Source: Chthonomonadaceae bacterium
Lineage (GTDB): Bacteria; Armatimonadota; Chthonomonadetes; Chthonomonadales; Chthonomonadaceae
Assembly (NCBI GenBank): GCA_035650735.1
Contig: DASRGZ010000139.1
Span: 1 to 46,610, forward strand
Direction: 5' to 3'
DNA length: 46,610 nt
The notes below the pieces were generated by a model. That model was given only the letters and a program-made list of their open reading frames with translations. It made no database searches and was not told the origin of the DNA. The position numbers were made by a program, and so were the translations under genes. This document shows, piece after piece, positions 19,130-28,464 of the stretch (position 1 is the stretch's first letter; every line of letters begins with the position of its first letter).

Positions 19130-19984
19130 CTAGGCTGTCTCTTCCCAACGGTCCAGGCCGAGGAGCTTGCGGCCTAGCGGCGTCAGCTCGGCAAGCCGGC
19201 TGAACTCCGGCTCACGCGGGTCACCGTAGAAATAGGGCGCTTTGGGCGGGCGGCGCTCACGCCAGCAGGCGATGCGCTCCTGCCGTTCCTCCTCGTTCTC
19301 TTCCCGCGCGGGAAACATGGCGATATACTGGGCAAAGCGCGGCTTGTTGGATGTATTATGGCCGTTGCCGTGCGCCAGCAGCCGGTCCCAGATCACCAGA
19401 TCACCCGCCTTGCCCGGCACCGGCGTTAGCTTCATGCCCGGAGGCAGGCTATTGAGGTCGGGCACGCGCGGGTTGCGGTCGGCTGGCTGAGTCTTAATCC
19501 ACTCTTCGAGGGTGCGTCCGTGGAACCCGGGCACGCACTGAAAGCCGCCCATCTCCGCGTCGGTATCGGCCAGGTAGAGGACGCCCTGCACCCAGAACGG
19601 AATGTCCCGGTTGGAGGTATCCACATCCCAGTGGACAAAGCCCTTGTGGTCATACTCGGGATGGGCCGGATGATGCGGCGGCTTCATGTTGATCCGATCC
19701 ATCGTCACCCAGAGCTTTTCCGTGCCGATCAATTCCGCGAAGACCTGATGCAGGCGCGGATACTGCCGGTTGTTCCACATGGTCTGATGCTGGTAGATCT
19801 CGATCATGCCGCCCGGCTTTAATGGCGGGCGATACCAGTCCTCCGGGTCATTGGGGTCCATGCCGAGATAGTCCCAGATCATGGCAATTACGGCGTCGCA
19901 GTTCTCCTTCGGCACCACATTGCGCACGAGGAGATATCCGTTGGCTTTAAAGAAAGCGTGGTCTTCAGGCGTCAGTATAGGCAT
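19130..19984 (-). CDS. Phytanoyl-CoA dioxygenase (PhyH) family Fe/2OG enzyme
   Basis: FFKANGY, HWD, GGFQCVPGFH, AGDLVIWD..LAHGNG..R. Confidence 0.9.
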   Translation of the reverse strand: MPILTPEDHAFFKANGYLLVRNVVPKENCDAVIAMIWDYLGMDPNDPEDWYRPPLKPGGMIEIYQHQTMWNNRQYPRLHQVFAELIGTEKLWVTMDRINMKPPHHPAHPEYDHKGFVHWDVDTSNRDIPFWVQGVLYLADTDAEMGGFQCVPGFHGRTLEEWIKTQPADRNPRVPDLNSLPPGMKLTPVPGKAGDLVIWDRLLAHGNGHNTSNKPRFAQYIAMFPAREENEEERQERIACWRERRPPKAPYFYGDPREPEFSRLAELTPLGRKLLGLDRWEETA

Positions 19985-20025
19985 CCTGTCTTCCCTTGTT
20001 GGTGTTCTTGTTTTCTCCCTGCTTC

Positions 20026-20832
20026 TCAGGTCCACATCTCACAGCCGCTAAAGGGCATGTGTTTGCCCGCCACATAGCGGGGGCGCGGGTTGTAATCGTT
20101 CACGCCGGGGACGGCTTTGCCGCGCAGCAGGAACGCGCTCGGCCAGCGGCCCTCCGGGGTTAGTTTGGTCCCCTCTTTGATCAGAATGCGGGTACTGGTG
20201 GGGATATAGCGAATGGTCAGGCCGCAGCGCCGGCGCGGCGAGTTGTTGGCGTTTGAGCCGTGAATAATGTTGGGATGATGTACCGAGACATCCCCGGCCT
20301 TGAGGATGAAATCCACCGCCTTGCTCTCATCCACCAGCGCCGTATCTATGCCGGACTGAAGCACATTCTCTACGTCCGTGCGCGGCTTCATCTGCTGTAG
20401 GTCCAGCCGATGCGTGCCGGGGATGACGCGCATACAGCCGTTCTCGCAGTCGCTATCGTCTACGGCCAGCCAGAGGGTGACGACCTCCATCGGCTCCAGG
20501 GGCCAGTAGCTTCCGTCCTGATGCCACAGCACCGGCTGCCCGTCAAACGGCGGCTTGCTGATGTAGTGCGAGGCGAACAGGGCGATGTTGGGCCCGATGA
20601 ACTGCTCGGCAATGTCCAGCAGGCGGTCGTCGCCGACAAGCCGCACCCAGAACGGATCGTCGGTCATCAGGTAGTGATGTAGCTGCTCGGGGCGCAGGCC
20701 CGGATTCTTTTCCAGCAGCCAGGCGACATGGCGGCTGGCCTCCTGGATCAACGCAGGGTCCAGCACGTTACGGAATATCATGTAGCCGTCGCGCTCAAAT
20801 TGTTCTTTTACCGGGTTGGTCATCGTATTCAT
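20026..20832 (-). CDS. PhyH family Fe/2OG dioxygenase
   Basis: FERDGY, WHQDGSYW, NGCMRVIPGTH, HGSNANNSPRRR. Confidence 0.92.
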   Translation of the reverse strand: MNTMTNPVKEQFERDGYMIFRNVLDPALIQEASRHVAWLLEKNPGLRPEQLHHYLMTDDPFWVRLVGDDRLLDIAEQFIGPNIALFASHYISKPPFDGQPVLWHQDGSYWPLEPMEVVTLWLAVDDSDCENGCMRVIPGTHRLDLQQMKPRTDVENVLQSGIDTALVDESKAVDFILKAGDVSVHHPNIIHGSNANNSPRRRCGLTIRYIPTSTRILIKEGTKLTPEGRWPSAFLLRGKAVPGVNDYNPRPRYVAGKHMPFSGCEMWT

Positions 20833-21004
20833 TGTTTGCCTCTCGTCCTGAAAAAGACTATCGGAACTGGCGGGCGTTAGGTTCTCTATAACCTGCTGGT
20901 TCTCCTGCCCAATCCCGCCTCCGCCCAGGGTCCTTCCATACACAGGAGCGTGCGGAGGATGCCCGCACGCTCCCGGATTATGGTTCCGGCAGACCGACGC
21001 TGGC

Positions 21005-22750
21005 TCAGGCGGCACACAGGCCCTGGAAGTAGCCGATAGCCTCCTCCAGGGACATAGCGCCCAGGTCGCCCTCGCCCTTTTTGCGCACGCTGACCGTCCG
21101 GTTCTCTACGTCCCGGTCGCCCACGACCAGCATCACCGGCACTTTCTGTAGCTCGCTGTCGCGGATGCGCTTGCCCATCTTCTCGTTGCGAGCGTCCACA
21201 GCGGCACGGAAACCGGCCTCCTGGAGCCTGGCCCGCACCTCCTCGGCGTAAGGATGATGCCGGTCGGCGATGGGAATGATGGCGATCTGCTGCGGGGCCA
21301 TCCAGAAGGGGAACGCGCCCGCGTAATGCTCGATCAGCAGGCCGATCATGCGCTCCAGCGAGCCGAACGGCGCACGGTGGATCATGATAGGTCGGTGCGT
21401 CCTGCCGTCTTCGCCCACATACTCCAGTTCAAAGCGCTCCGGCAGGTTATAGTCCACCTGCACCGTGCCCATCTGCCACTCGCGGCGTAGGGCGTCGCGC
21501 ACCAGCAGGTCGAGCTTCGGGCCGTAGAAGGCGGCGTCGCCCTCCGAGATCTCATACTCCAGGCCCAACTCCTGCACCGCCTCAATGATCGCCTTCTCCG
21601 CCGCCTCCCAGTTCTCATCCGAGCCGATGTATTTTTCGCTCTTGGGATTGCGGACGCCGATGCGCACCCGGTACTCGCTGAGGCCGAGCCGCTGGAGCGT
21701 GTAGAGCGTCAGATCCACCACGCCCTTGAACTCCGGCCCCAACTGCTCCGGCGTCACGAACAGGTGGCTATCGTCCTGCGTGAAGCCGCGCACGCGCAGC
21801 ATCCCCGTCAGCTCCCCGCTCTGCTCGTAGCGGTAAACCGTGCCGAACTCGGCCAGGCGCAGCGGCAGGTCACGGTAGGAGCGCAGCTCGCTGGCGTAGA
21901 TCATGATATGGTGCGGGCAGTTCATGGGCTTGAGCACATAGGTCTCGCCCTCTTCCTCGCCGACCATCAGCGGATAGATCTTATCCCGGAACGTCAGCAT
22001 GTGACCGCTCTTCTCGTAGAGGCGCGTGTTGCCGATGTGGGGCGTCACGACCGGCTGGTAGCCGCGCTTGAGCTGCTCCGACTTCATAAAGTCCGTGAGA
22101 ACGTCGCGCAGTACCGCGCCCTTGGGCAGCCAGAGCGGCAGGCCCGGCCCCACCTCCGGCGAGAACATGAACAGGCCCAACTCCCGGCCCAGAACGCGGT
22201 GGTCGCGCCGCCGGGCCTCCTCCAGACGGCACAGATAGTCCTCCAGTTCCTGCTGCGTCGGCCAGGCCGTGCCGTAGATGCGCGTGAGCATCTTGTTCTT
22301 CTCATTGCCGCGCCAGTACGCGCCCGCCGTGTGCAGCAGCCTGAAATGCTTGAGATGGCCCGTGCTGGGCACATGCGGCCCCCGGCACAGATCGATCCAG
22401 TCTCCCTGACGATAGAAGGAGATAGGCTCGTTCTCCGGGATGTCCTCAATCAACTCGACCTTATAGGGCTGGTCCTGCGCGACCTCAAAGTCATGGGCCT
22501 GCTGGCGCGGCATCTCCTCACGCACAATGGGCAGGTCGCGCGCGGCGATCTCGTGCATCTTCGCCTCGATGCGCGGCAGGTCTTCCTCCCGGATGGGCTC
22601 CGGCAGGTCGAAATCGTAATAGAACCCGTCCTCGATGGGCGGGCCGATGGCGTACTTGACGCCGGGGAATAGCTCCCCGACCGCCTGAGCCATCAGGTGC
22701 GCCGTGCTATGGCGCAGCTTGTACAGTTCGTCGTTGGCTACTTCTTTCAC
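21005..22750 (-). CDS. thrS: Threonine--tRNA ligase (lacks the N-terminal TGS domain)
   Basis: RHSTAH, DLCRGPH, RDHR, KPMNCPHH, RVRGFTQDD, GDAAFYGPK, IHRA; GTG start after GGAGGAG. Confidence 0.97.
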   Translation of the reverse strand: MKEVANDELYKLRHSTAHLMAQAVGELFPGVKYAIGPPIEDGFYYDFDLPEPIREEDLPRIEAKMHEIAARDLPIVREEMPRQQAHDFEVAQDQPYKVELIEDIPENEPISFYRQGDWIDLCRGPHVPSTGHLKHFRLLHTAGAYWRGNEKNKMLTRIYGTAWPTQQELEDYLCRLEEARRRDHRVLGRELGLFMFSPEVGPGLPLWLPKGAVLRDVLTDFMKSEQLKRGYQPVVTPHIGNTRLYEKSGHMLTFRDKIYPLMVGEEEGETYVLKPMNCPHHIMIYASELRSYRDLPLRLAEFGTVYRYEQSGELTGMLRVRGFTQDDSHLFVTPEQLGPEFKGVVDLTLYTLQRLGLSEYRVRIGVRNPKSEKYIGSDENWEAAEKAIIEAVQELGLEYEISEGDAAFYGPKLDLLVRDALRREWQMGTVQVDYNLPERFELEYVGEDGRTHRPIMIHRAPFGSLERMIGLLIEHYAGAFPFWMAPQQIAIIPIADRHHPYAEEVRARLQEAGFRAAVDARNEKMGKRIRDSELQKVPVMLVVGDRDVENRTVSVRKKGEGDLGAMSLEEAIGYFQGLCAA

Positions 22751-22847
22751 GGTGACTTCTCTCCTCCAGGTTGGCAAAAGAATAAAGTGCTCTACTGCCG
22801 CCAATCGTCGGGGAGCGTGGCTCCGTCAGGTTGGCGCAAGTAGGAGA

Positions 22848-22888
22848 CAAAATAAAAGCGCCGCCTCCAGATAAATTGGAAGCGGCGC
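22848..22888 (-). terminator. Intrinsic terminator upstream of thrS
   Basis: Minus strand GCGCCGCTTCCA..TGGAGGCGGCGC then TTTTATTTT. Confidence 0.85.
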
Positions 22889-22895
22889 GGGTTGC

Positions 22896-23082
22896 GCAAT
22901 CGGTAACGATCAGGATGAGGCCATTAGGGGCTTTACCGGCGAGCAGGACGTTCCGAGTGACGCAACAAAACGCCGCCCGCCACGGTATCAACCGACACTG
23001 GCGAAGCCTCCTTAGCACTCTGCAATTGGGCGTTTGCGGGCCTCATCTGCTCTGCCGTCCTCATCCTTGCAAAATTGACTGC
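22896..23082 (-). ncRNA. ~187-nt structured RNA (6S-like, or thrS attenuator leader)
   Basis: Nested stems AGGATGAGG/CCTCATCCT, CGGC-GAGCAG/CTGCTC-GCCG, GCAGAGTGC/GCGTTTTGT; apical loop at the midpoint; flanked by a promoter and a terminator. Confidence 0.55.
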
Positions 23083-23085
23083 ATC

Positions 23086-23115
23086 ATTATACCACACGCT
23101 CTGCGCTTCCCGCAA
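23086..23115 (-). promoter_or_regulatory. sigma70 promoter with extended -10
   Basis: TTGCGG-18 nt-TATAAT with TG preceding -10 on the minus strand. Confidence 0.65.
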
Positions 23116-23158
23116 GGGAGGCGCAGCCTTTTTCCGGCAATAAAAACGTGACGTTAGG

Positions 23159-23683
23159 TTAAAGCTTGCTGTCCGCGATCCAGCGTGCCTCTGGCAGCAG
23201 GGCGCGGTCGAAGGCGACGACGTTGTCGCGGCCCAGCGCGCGCAGATGCGTTTGCAGCCGGTCGGCGGCGGCGATCAGCCCCGCCCAATCCACCCCATAA
23301 AAACCATAACCTGATTGACCTGCCTTGCCATCGGGCGACGCCAGAGGAAGCAGCAGGCCGACGCGCTCCAGGCGGCGCGCTCCCGCTTCCAGCTTATTGA
23401 CCGCTCCGACCCAGTTGGCCCGCGCCGTCAGGTGGTAGCAGCCCACCGCGATCTGCAAAACGCCCTGGTAGATCTCCCGCACGCTCCGCTTTTCCGGTAT
23501 CCAGAGGGCTTCCAGAGTCTCATGGCAGGCAAAGTATTCTCCCCGGTTCAACTGGTCGAGCGCCGCATAGAACTCCGGCGGCAGGCGCGCGGGCCATTGC
23601 CCGGAGGCGATCCGCGCGGCAGGCGCCTCCTCCGGTGAATTCGGGGACGGGGAAGGACGGGCAGGCTGCTCATCTAGGCTCAT
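23159..23683 (-). CDS. DUF309 family protein
   Basis: NRGEYFACHETLEALW..YQGVLQIAVGCYH signature. Confidence 0.88.
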   Translation of the reverse strand: MSLDEQPARPSPSPNSPEEAPAARIASGQWPARLPPEFYAALDQLNRGEYFACHETLEALWIPEKRSVREIYQGVLQIAVGCYHLTARANWVGAVNKLEAGARRLERVGLLLPLASPDGKAGQSGYGFYGVDWAGLIAAADRLQTHLRALGRDNVVAFDRALLPEARWIADSKL

Positions 23684-23720
23684 TTAGTGCTCCTCTTCGC
23701 GAGAAAACCCCACGTAGATA

Positions 23721-23749
23721 TTGCAGTTTTTGGCGATGTATGTTACACT
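23721..23749 (+). promoter_or_regulatory. Possible sigma70 promoter of cysE
   Basis: TTGCAG-17 nt-TACACT with TG preceding -10. Confidence 0.5.
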
Positions 23750-23866
23750 TTTCCTGCCTATTTCCCGCCTGAGCGCTAACGTGGTGGAACTTTCGCCAGC
23801 GTGCGAGAGTAAAACCCAATACTACCGCCAGGAAACGTCCTTGCCGGCGGTGCCAGTCTTAGGCCC

Positions 23867-24703
23867 ATGAACAGGAAAGACCCGAACGTGTTCCGCCGAC
23901 TACGCGAAGATATACATACCGTCCTGGCCAAAGACCCGGCCGCGCGCAACACCTGGGAAGCGCTGCTCTACCCCGGCCTGCACGCCCTCTGGGCCCATCG
24001 GCTCGCCCACTGGCTGTGGCAGCATCGCTGTAAGCTGCTGGCGCGCTGGATCTCGCAGCTCAGCCGCTTCTTTACGGGCATCGAGATTCATCCGGGCGCG
24101 ACCATTGGACGGCGCTTCTTCATTGATCACGGGATGGGGGTCGTCATCGGAGAGACGTCGGTGATCGGCGACGACGTGCTGATGTACCATCAGGTGACGC
24201 TCGGAGGCACCAGCCTGGAGAAAGTCAAGCGCCACCCCACCATCGGCAATGGGGTCCTGATCGGCATGGGCGCCAAAATCCTCGGCCCCATCACCGTCGG
24301 AGACAACTGCCGGATCGGGGCCAACGCCGTCGTCAACAAGGACATTCCGGCCAACTGTACGGTCGTTGGCATTCCGGGCCGTATCGTCCGGCGCGACGGA
24401 CAGCGCATCGGCGATGACTCTACCGCGCCCGGCGGTCAGGTGATGGACAACATCATCAACCGCGTAGACCCGCAGGACGCCACCATCCGTGAGCTGCGCC
24501 AGCGGCTGGAGCTCCTGGAGCAGCATAACGAAAAGCTGGAGTGGCTCATCCGCCGCCTGGAGGAGCATGAGGGGCTGTATCATAGCATTCCCGACGGCTC
24601 CGAGCCGGTCGGCTCCCATGCCCACGGCAGCGCCTGTATTGACGATGATGAGGAGTATCCAGACGTGGACTGCCACTGCCCGTCTGCGTATGAAAGAGAG
24701 TAG
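23867..24703 (+). CDS. cysE: Serine O-acetyltransferase
   Basis: [44 protein letters not shown]; alternative GTG start at 23888. Confidence 0.95.
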   Translation: MNRKDPNVFRRLREDIHTVLAKDPAARNTWEALLYPGLHALWAHRLAHWLWQHRCKLLARWISQLSRFFTGIEIHPGATIGRRFFIDHGMGVVIGETSVIGDDVLMYHQVTLGGTSLEKVKRHPTIGNGVLIGMGAKILGPITVGDNCRIGANAVVNKDIPANCTVVGIPGRIVRRDGQRIGDDSTAPGGQVMDNIINRVDPQDATIRELRQRLELLEQHNEKLEWLIRRLEEHEGLYHSIPDGSEPVGSHAHGSACIDDDEEYPDVDCHCPSAYERE

Positions 24704-24705
24704 GC

Positions 24706-26322
24706 TTGAAATCCCCTATGCAAGCATCGCGGTCTCTGCTGCGTAATTTCCGGCGTCTTCCCGCCCGCCGTCTGTTCACCATCGCCCCCTTCGTTGTCGT
24801 CGCCGTCGGCGCGGCCTTTATCGGCGCGCTGGCCCGCACGCCGGAAGGCCAGATCGCGGCGGGCGTGCACGTGGGCGACCTCGACCTGAGCGGAAAGTCG
24901 CTGGAAGAGGCGCGCGCCGTCCTGGATCAGTGGGTCCAGAAGCAGCAAGCCGCCACGCTGCGCCTGTATTTCGCGCCGGAGACCAAAATTCGGCGCGTCT
25001 GGAAGCCGACGGCGAAGCAGTTGGGGCTGGGCATTGACGCGAAGGCGACTCTGGAGGAGGCGGCCAGGGCCGGCCAGGAGGGCGTCCTGGGCCGGGTTTC
25101 GGGCTGGATTACCGGCCAGAAAACGATCCAGGTTGCCCCGCATACGGCCGTCCAGGATGCCGCAACGCGCACCTATCTACAGCGGATCGCCAGCCGTATT
25201 AACCGCAGGGCGCGGAATGCCCGCTTTGTTCTGCTGCGGCACGGCGGTTTTGCCATCCACCACGAAAAGCCCGGCCTGTCGGTGGACGTCCCCGCGTCTG
25301 TCGCCGCCATCGTCCAGGCATGGAATAGCGCTCTGACGCCGTCCACTGACGCGCCCGCCGCGCAAGCCGAGCAGTCCGGCACGCCGCACGCCAAACCGCA
25401 AGCGTCGGATGCCCCGCCCTCCACACCGTCGGCCCAACCCCAGCCCCTGAGCGTAGAGCTTGCCACCAAAGCCATCCAGGCCGCGATCACTGCCGCCGAC
25501 CTCAAACAGATTGATGGTGTGCTCGGCGGCTACACGACCACGTTCGGCGGGACAGGAGCCAACCGGGGCAACAACATCGCCCTGGCGGCCAGTCATATCA
25601 ACGGCACGCTGCTAGGCCCCGGCGAGGTCTTCTCCTACAACCGGGTCGTCGGGCCGCGCGTGGGCAGCGCCGGATTCAGGGACGCGCCGGTCATCATTCA
25701 TGGGGAGCTGGTGCCGGGCGTTGGCGGCGGCGTCTGCCAGGTCTCCAGTACACTCTACAATGCCGTCCTGCTCTCCGACCTCAAGATCGTGCGCCGCTCG
25801 CACCATGCCTTCCCCGTCCATTATCTGCCGGCAGGGCGCGATGCCACGGTAGTAGACGGCTCCCTGGATTTCCAATTCCAGAACAACACGGACGCGCCGA
25901 TCTACATCGCCGCCTCGGCGCGCGGGGGCCGTCTGAGCTTCCGCATCTTCGGCAAGAAGCAGCCGGGCCGCTCGGTTAGCATCGAGCTTGCCAACCACAG
26001 CGTGCAGCCTGCGCCGACCGAGCTTCGTTCCGACCCCACATTGCCCGCCGGTCGCCGCGTCGTCAAGGATAGAGGCCATCGCGGGCACCGCGTCACCGTG
26101 TATCGGATCGTGCGCGAAAACGGTAGAGTGGTTCGCCGGGAGCTCATCTCCCGTGACCGCTACCGCCCGTACCCCGCCATTATTCTGGTCGGCACGGGCC
26201 GTGCCGCGTCCCGCCCGATCCGGCGCGTCTCGCGCCATGCGGCTCGGCCCGCCACGCTGACCACAGCACCCAAGGCGCCCGCCGCGCCCCCTGCCGATCC
26301 GACCCCAACCTCTGCTCAGTAG
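24706..26322 (+). CDS. VanW family protein with a peptidoglycan-binding (YoaR-like) region and a G5 domain
   Basis: NRGNNIALAA..INGTLL.PGEVFSYN, GGGVCQVSSTLYNA, GRDATV; N-terminal TM helix; start uncertain. Confidence 0.9.
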   Translation: MKSPMQASRSLLRNFRRLPARRLFTIAPFVVVAVGAAFIGALARTPEGQIAAGVHVGDLDLSGKSLEEARAVLDQWVQKQQAATLRLYFAPETKIRRVWKPTAKQLGLGIDAKATLEEAARAGQEGVLGRVSGWITGQKTIQVAPHTAVQDAATRTYLQRIASRINRRARNARFVLLRHGGFAIHHEKPGLSVDVPASVAAIVQAWNSALTPSTDAPAAQAEQSGTPHAKPQASDAPPSTPSAQPQPLSVELATKAIQAAITAADLKQIDGVLGGYTTTFGGTGANRGNNIALAASHINGTLLGPGEVFSYNRVVGPRVGSAGFRDAPVIIHGELVPGVGGGVCQVSSTLYNAVLLSDLKIVRRSHHAFPVHYLPAGRDATVVDGSLDFQFQNNTDAPIYIAASARGGRLSFRIFGKKQPGRSVSIELANHSVQPAPTELRSDPTLPAGRRVVKDRGHRGHRVTVYRIVRENGRVVRRELISRDRYRPYPAIILVGTGRAASRPIRRVSRHAARPATLTTAPKAPAAPPADPTPTSAQ

Positions 26323-26351
26323 GCTCTTCCCCACGAACAGGAGAGGGCCAG

Positions 26352-26639
26352 ACCTCACCCCCTTCTCCTCTCCTTCGTAAGGAGAGGGGAGAGCAGAAGC
26401 CTTGTTCTCCCCTCATCATTGGTGTAGGGGTTAGGGTGTAGGGGTTAGGGTGTAGGGAGAGCAGAAGCCTTGTTCTCCCCTCATCCCCAGCCCTTCTCTC
26501 TCCAAGGGAGAAGGGGGAAGAGAAGCCGGGTCCCCCCTTCCCTAGCGAGGGACGAGCGGCTAGGGTCGCAAGGTGTCGCAAGGCGGAGGGCCGAATTATT
26601 GCAGGCCCGACCCTGGCAGTGGGGGACGGGGGGTTAGGT
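26352..26639. repeat. Composite palindromic element with an internal 14-bp G-rich tandem repeat
   Basis: Begins ACCTCACCCCC, ends GGGGGTTAGGT; duplicated GAGCAGAAGCCTTGTTCTCCCCTCATC; (GGTGTAGGGGTTAG)x~2.6. Confidence 0.85.
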
Positions 26640-26671
26640 GTAGCCCAGGGGATGGTGGCATAGTTGCCGTG

Positions 26672-26742
26672 ACAAAAAGAGTCCGGGAATGCCAAGGCAA
26701 ACCTGCAAGAGGTGTTTGCGGCAATCCCGGACTCTTTGTTTG
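26672..26742. terminator. Long hairpin, probable bidirectional terminator
   Basis: AAAGAGTCCGGGA-TGCC/GGCA-TCCCGGACTCTTT with A- and T-rich flanks, between convergent genes. Confidence 0.6.
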
Positions 26743-26786
26743 CAGCTTTTGCAGGGGAAGCGGGCGAGAGCCAATCGCTGGGCTAG

Positions 26787-27044
26787 CTACGCATAGGGGC
26801 GCAACGCTTCAGCCAGTTCCCGATCACTCGGCTCGATGAGGGTGACGCGGCCAGCAGCGCTTTCAATGACTATGGTCGGCACTTTACCAGAGCCGCCATT
26901 GATGGCACGCATGACTTCCTCCGCGCCGGACGTCTTCTCAATATCAATCTCCTCAAACGGGATTCCTAGCCGCTGCAATACGCGCCGTGAACGTATACAA
27001 TCCGGGCACCAATTCGTCGAATAAACCGTTATGGTCACGGGCAA
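26787..27044 (-). CDS. Glutaredoxin/mycoredoxin-like (NrdH-type) protein
   Basis: YSTNWCPDC active site, cis-Pro VPT; AAGGAG RBS, TTG start. Confidence 0.9.
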   Translation of the reverse strand: MPVTITVYSTNWCPDCIRSRRVLQRLGIPFEEIDIEKTSGAEEVMRAINGGSGKVPTIVIESAAGRVTLIEPSDRELAEALRPYA

Positions 27045-27150
27045 GCTTTGCGGCTCCTTTCCTTACAACCTCACTCCCGGCCTTTCCCTTCGGTTTAGCG
27101 CGCGGGGTTACGGAACGCAGTACGTGCGACCTGGCTTGATAAGACTCGGT

Positions 27151-27957
27151 TTAGCGCGCGCGCGGGGTTACGACGGTTGTCGGGCGCTGAGTCGCCGTAG
27201 CGCCCAATTCCTGTAGCTGGCGCCGAATCGCTTCGGCTTTGCGCTCCGGCACGTTGGCCGCCACCACCAGCGGCGTCGTCGAGCTGACCGTGTGCATCAG
27301 GCGGCGTGCCTCGTTGAGATTGACGACCAGCAAGTTCTGTAGCTTGAAGGCCAGCTCGTTCTCGCGGCGTTTGTCAACCGCCACCAGCAACACATCGTAA
27401 TTGTGCAGCAGCGCCTCTTCCTGTTCGGATCTCTCCGCTGCCGCGGATACTTTCAGGAGGTCGGTCTTCTCCGCGACGATCCGCAGGGGACGGTTGCAGC
27501 GGTCGCAGACATAGCGCTGCACCGTCACCGCGACCTTGTGCTCGGCGCGACAGGCCTGGCAGACAATGGTGCGCACGGGCACCGGCTCGCCGTTCTCAAA
27601 GTAGACCTGCCGGTCGCAGTTTTCGCAGGTGAAATCGGTGGTCGGCGTCTCCAGGAACGTATTTTGCGCGCCGCAGTAGGGGCAGGGGAAAGCAACGGTC
27701 GGCATTTTGCGCGCCTCTACGCCCCGTTTCGCCGCCAGCACGCAAAAGACAACCCCCACCGCCAGGCCCACGCCGCCCAGGATATACATGATCCAGCCTA
27801 GGATCACGAGCCCTACCGGCTCTGCCGGCATTATGCGGGCAAAATAGAGGATAATAGCGGAGACAATAATAATCCCGATGCCCCGCACCGCCATCGTGAC
27901 CGCCTGGCTCCACTCCGTTTCCAGGACGTCGGAATACCTCACCGCACTTTTTGCCAT
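27151..27957 (-). CDS. Membrane protein with four CxxC pairs and a C-terminal L7/L12-CTD-like domain
   Basis: Two TM helices; CPYC, CENC, CQAC, CDRC; LNEARRL..TPLVV...AEAIRRQLQELGA; GGGAGG RBS. Confidence 0.75.
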   Translation of the reverse strand: MAKSAVRYSDVLETEWSQAVTMAVRGIGIIIVSAIILYFARIMPAEPVGLVILGWIMYILGGVGLAVGVVFCVLAAKRGVEARKMPTVAFPCPYCGAQNTFLETPTTDFTCENCDRQVYFENGEPVPVRTIVCQACRAEHKVAVTVQRYVCDRCNRPLRIVAEKTDLLKVSAAAERSEQEEALLHNYDVLLVAVDKRRENELAFKLQNLLVVNLNEARRLMHTVSSTTPLVVAANVPERKAEAIRRQLQELGATATQRPTTVVTPRAR

Positions 27958-28119
27958 ATGTACCTCCCTGGAGAGGGCCTTGAGTGCGCGTCTCCTGATA
28001 CTAGCGGTATTATGGGATAGACGCGGCCCGCCGGGCCAGTGCTCCAAAATTTTGGGCAAAAACGCCTCTTGGACGAGCCTTGTGCGCATTGCCATTTTGG
28101 GGTCGCTATTCTAGTTAAT

Positions 28120-28149
28120 AGTATAATCACCCCCCGCTCTATCTGTCAA
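28120..28149 (-). promoter_or_regulatory. sigma70 promoter
   Basis: TTGACA-18 nt-TATACT on the minus strand. Confidence 0.6.
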
Positions 28150-28464
28150 GCATCCCAAAGCGTTCCTCCAGGACCATTGCCTCTTCCTCTCCGCGCAGGT
28201 ATGCACTTTGATTCGAGGAGAAGGGAAAAGCGCTGTGTGCGATGGCACTGAGCGTTCCGCTTCGCCCGAATCGGCAGCGCCCACGGATGCCGCCGTCGGG
28301 GCCTGGATATCTCTCGGCCTGGCGCGGCAGCCACACTCGAGGAGGAGATTGCCGGGAAGATAACGAAAACGGCTGTCGGTACTGCGTAAGGATCCTTATC
28401 CGGGATCGTATCTGTTAAGGCAACCGGAACGATATTTGTAGCTGAGAAGGATATTACGGACGAC

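Noticed and set aside
20026..20832. Fe/2OG halogenase
   Set aside because: HxD carboxylate is retained; halogenases have Ala or Gly at that position
22975..22995. T-box riboswitch upstream of thrS
   Set aside because: Closest motif is GGTTGATACCGTG; the UGGN needed to pair tRNA NCCA is missing, it lies far from the terminator, and no clear Stem I AG-bulge or specifier loop is visible
22933..23055. Thr-rich leader peptide for thrS
   Set aside because: The ORF has only two scattered Thr codons
26352..26639. CRISPR array
   Set aside because: Repeats are neither regularly spaced nor separated by unique spacers; no cas genes in the window
26695..26740. c-di-GMP-I riboswitch (GGCAAACC..)
   Set aside because: Lacks the GACGCAAA and P3 motifs; lies in a terminator-like hairpin between convergent genes
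28242..28418. 58-aa Cys-containing ORF
   Set aside because: No recognisable motif, weak SD and atypical codon pattern; cannot be supported
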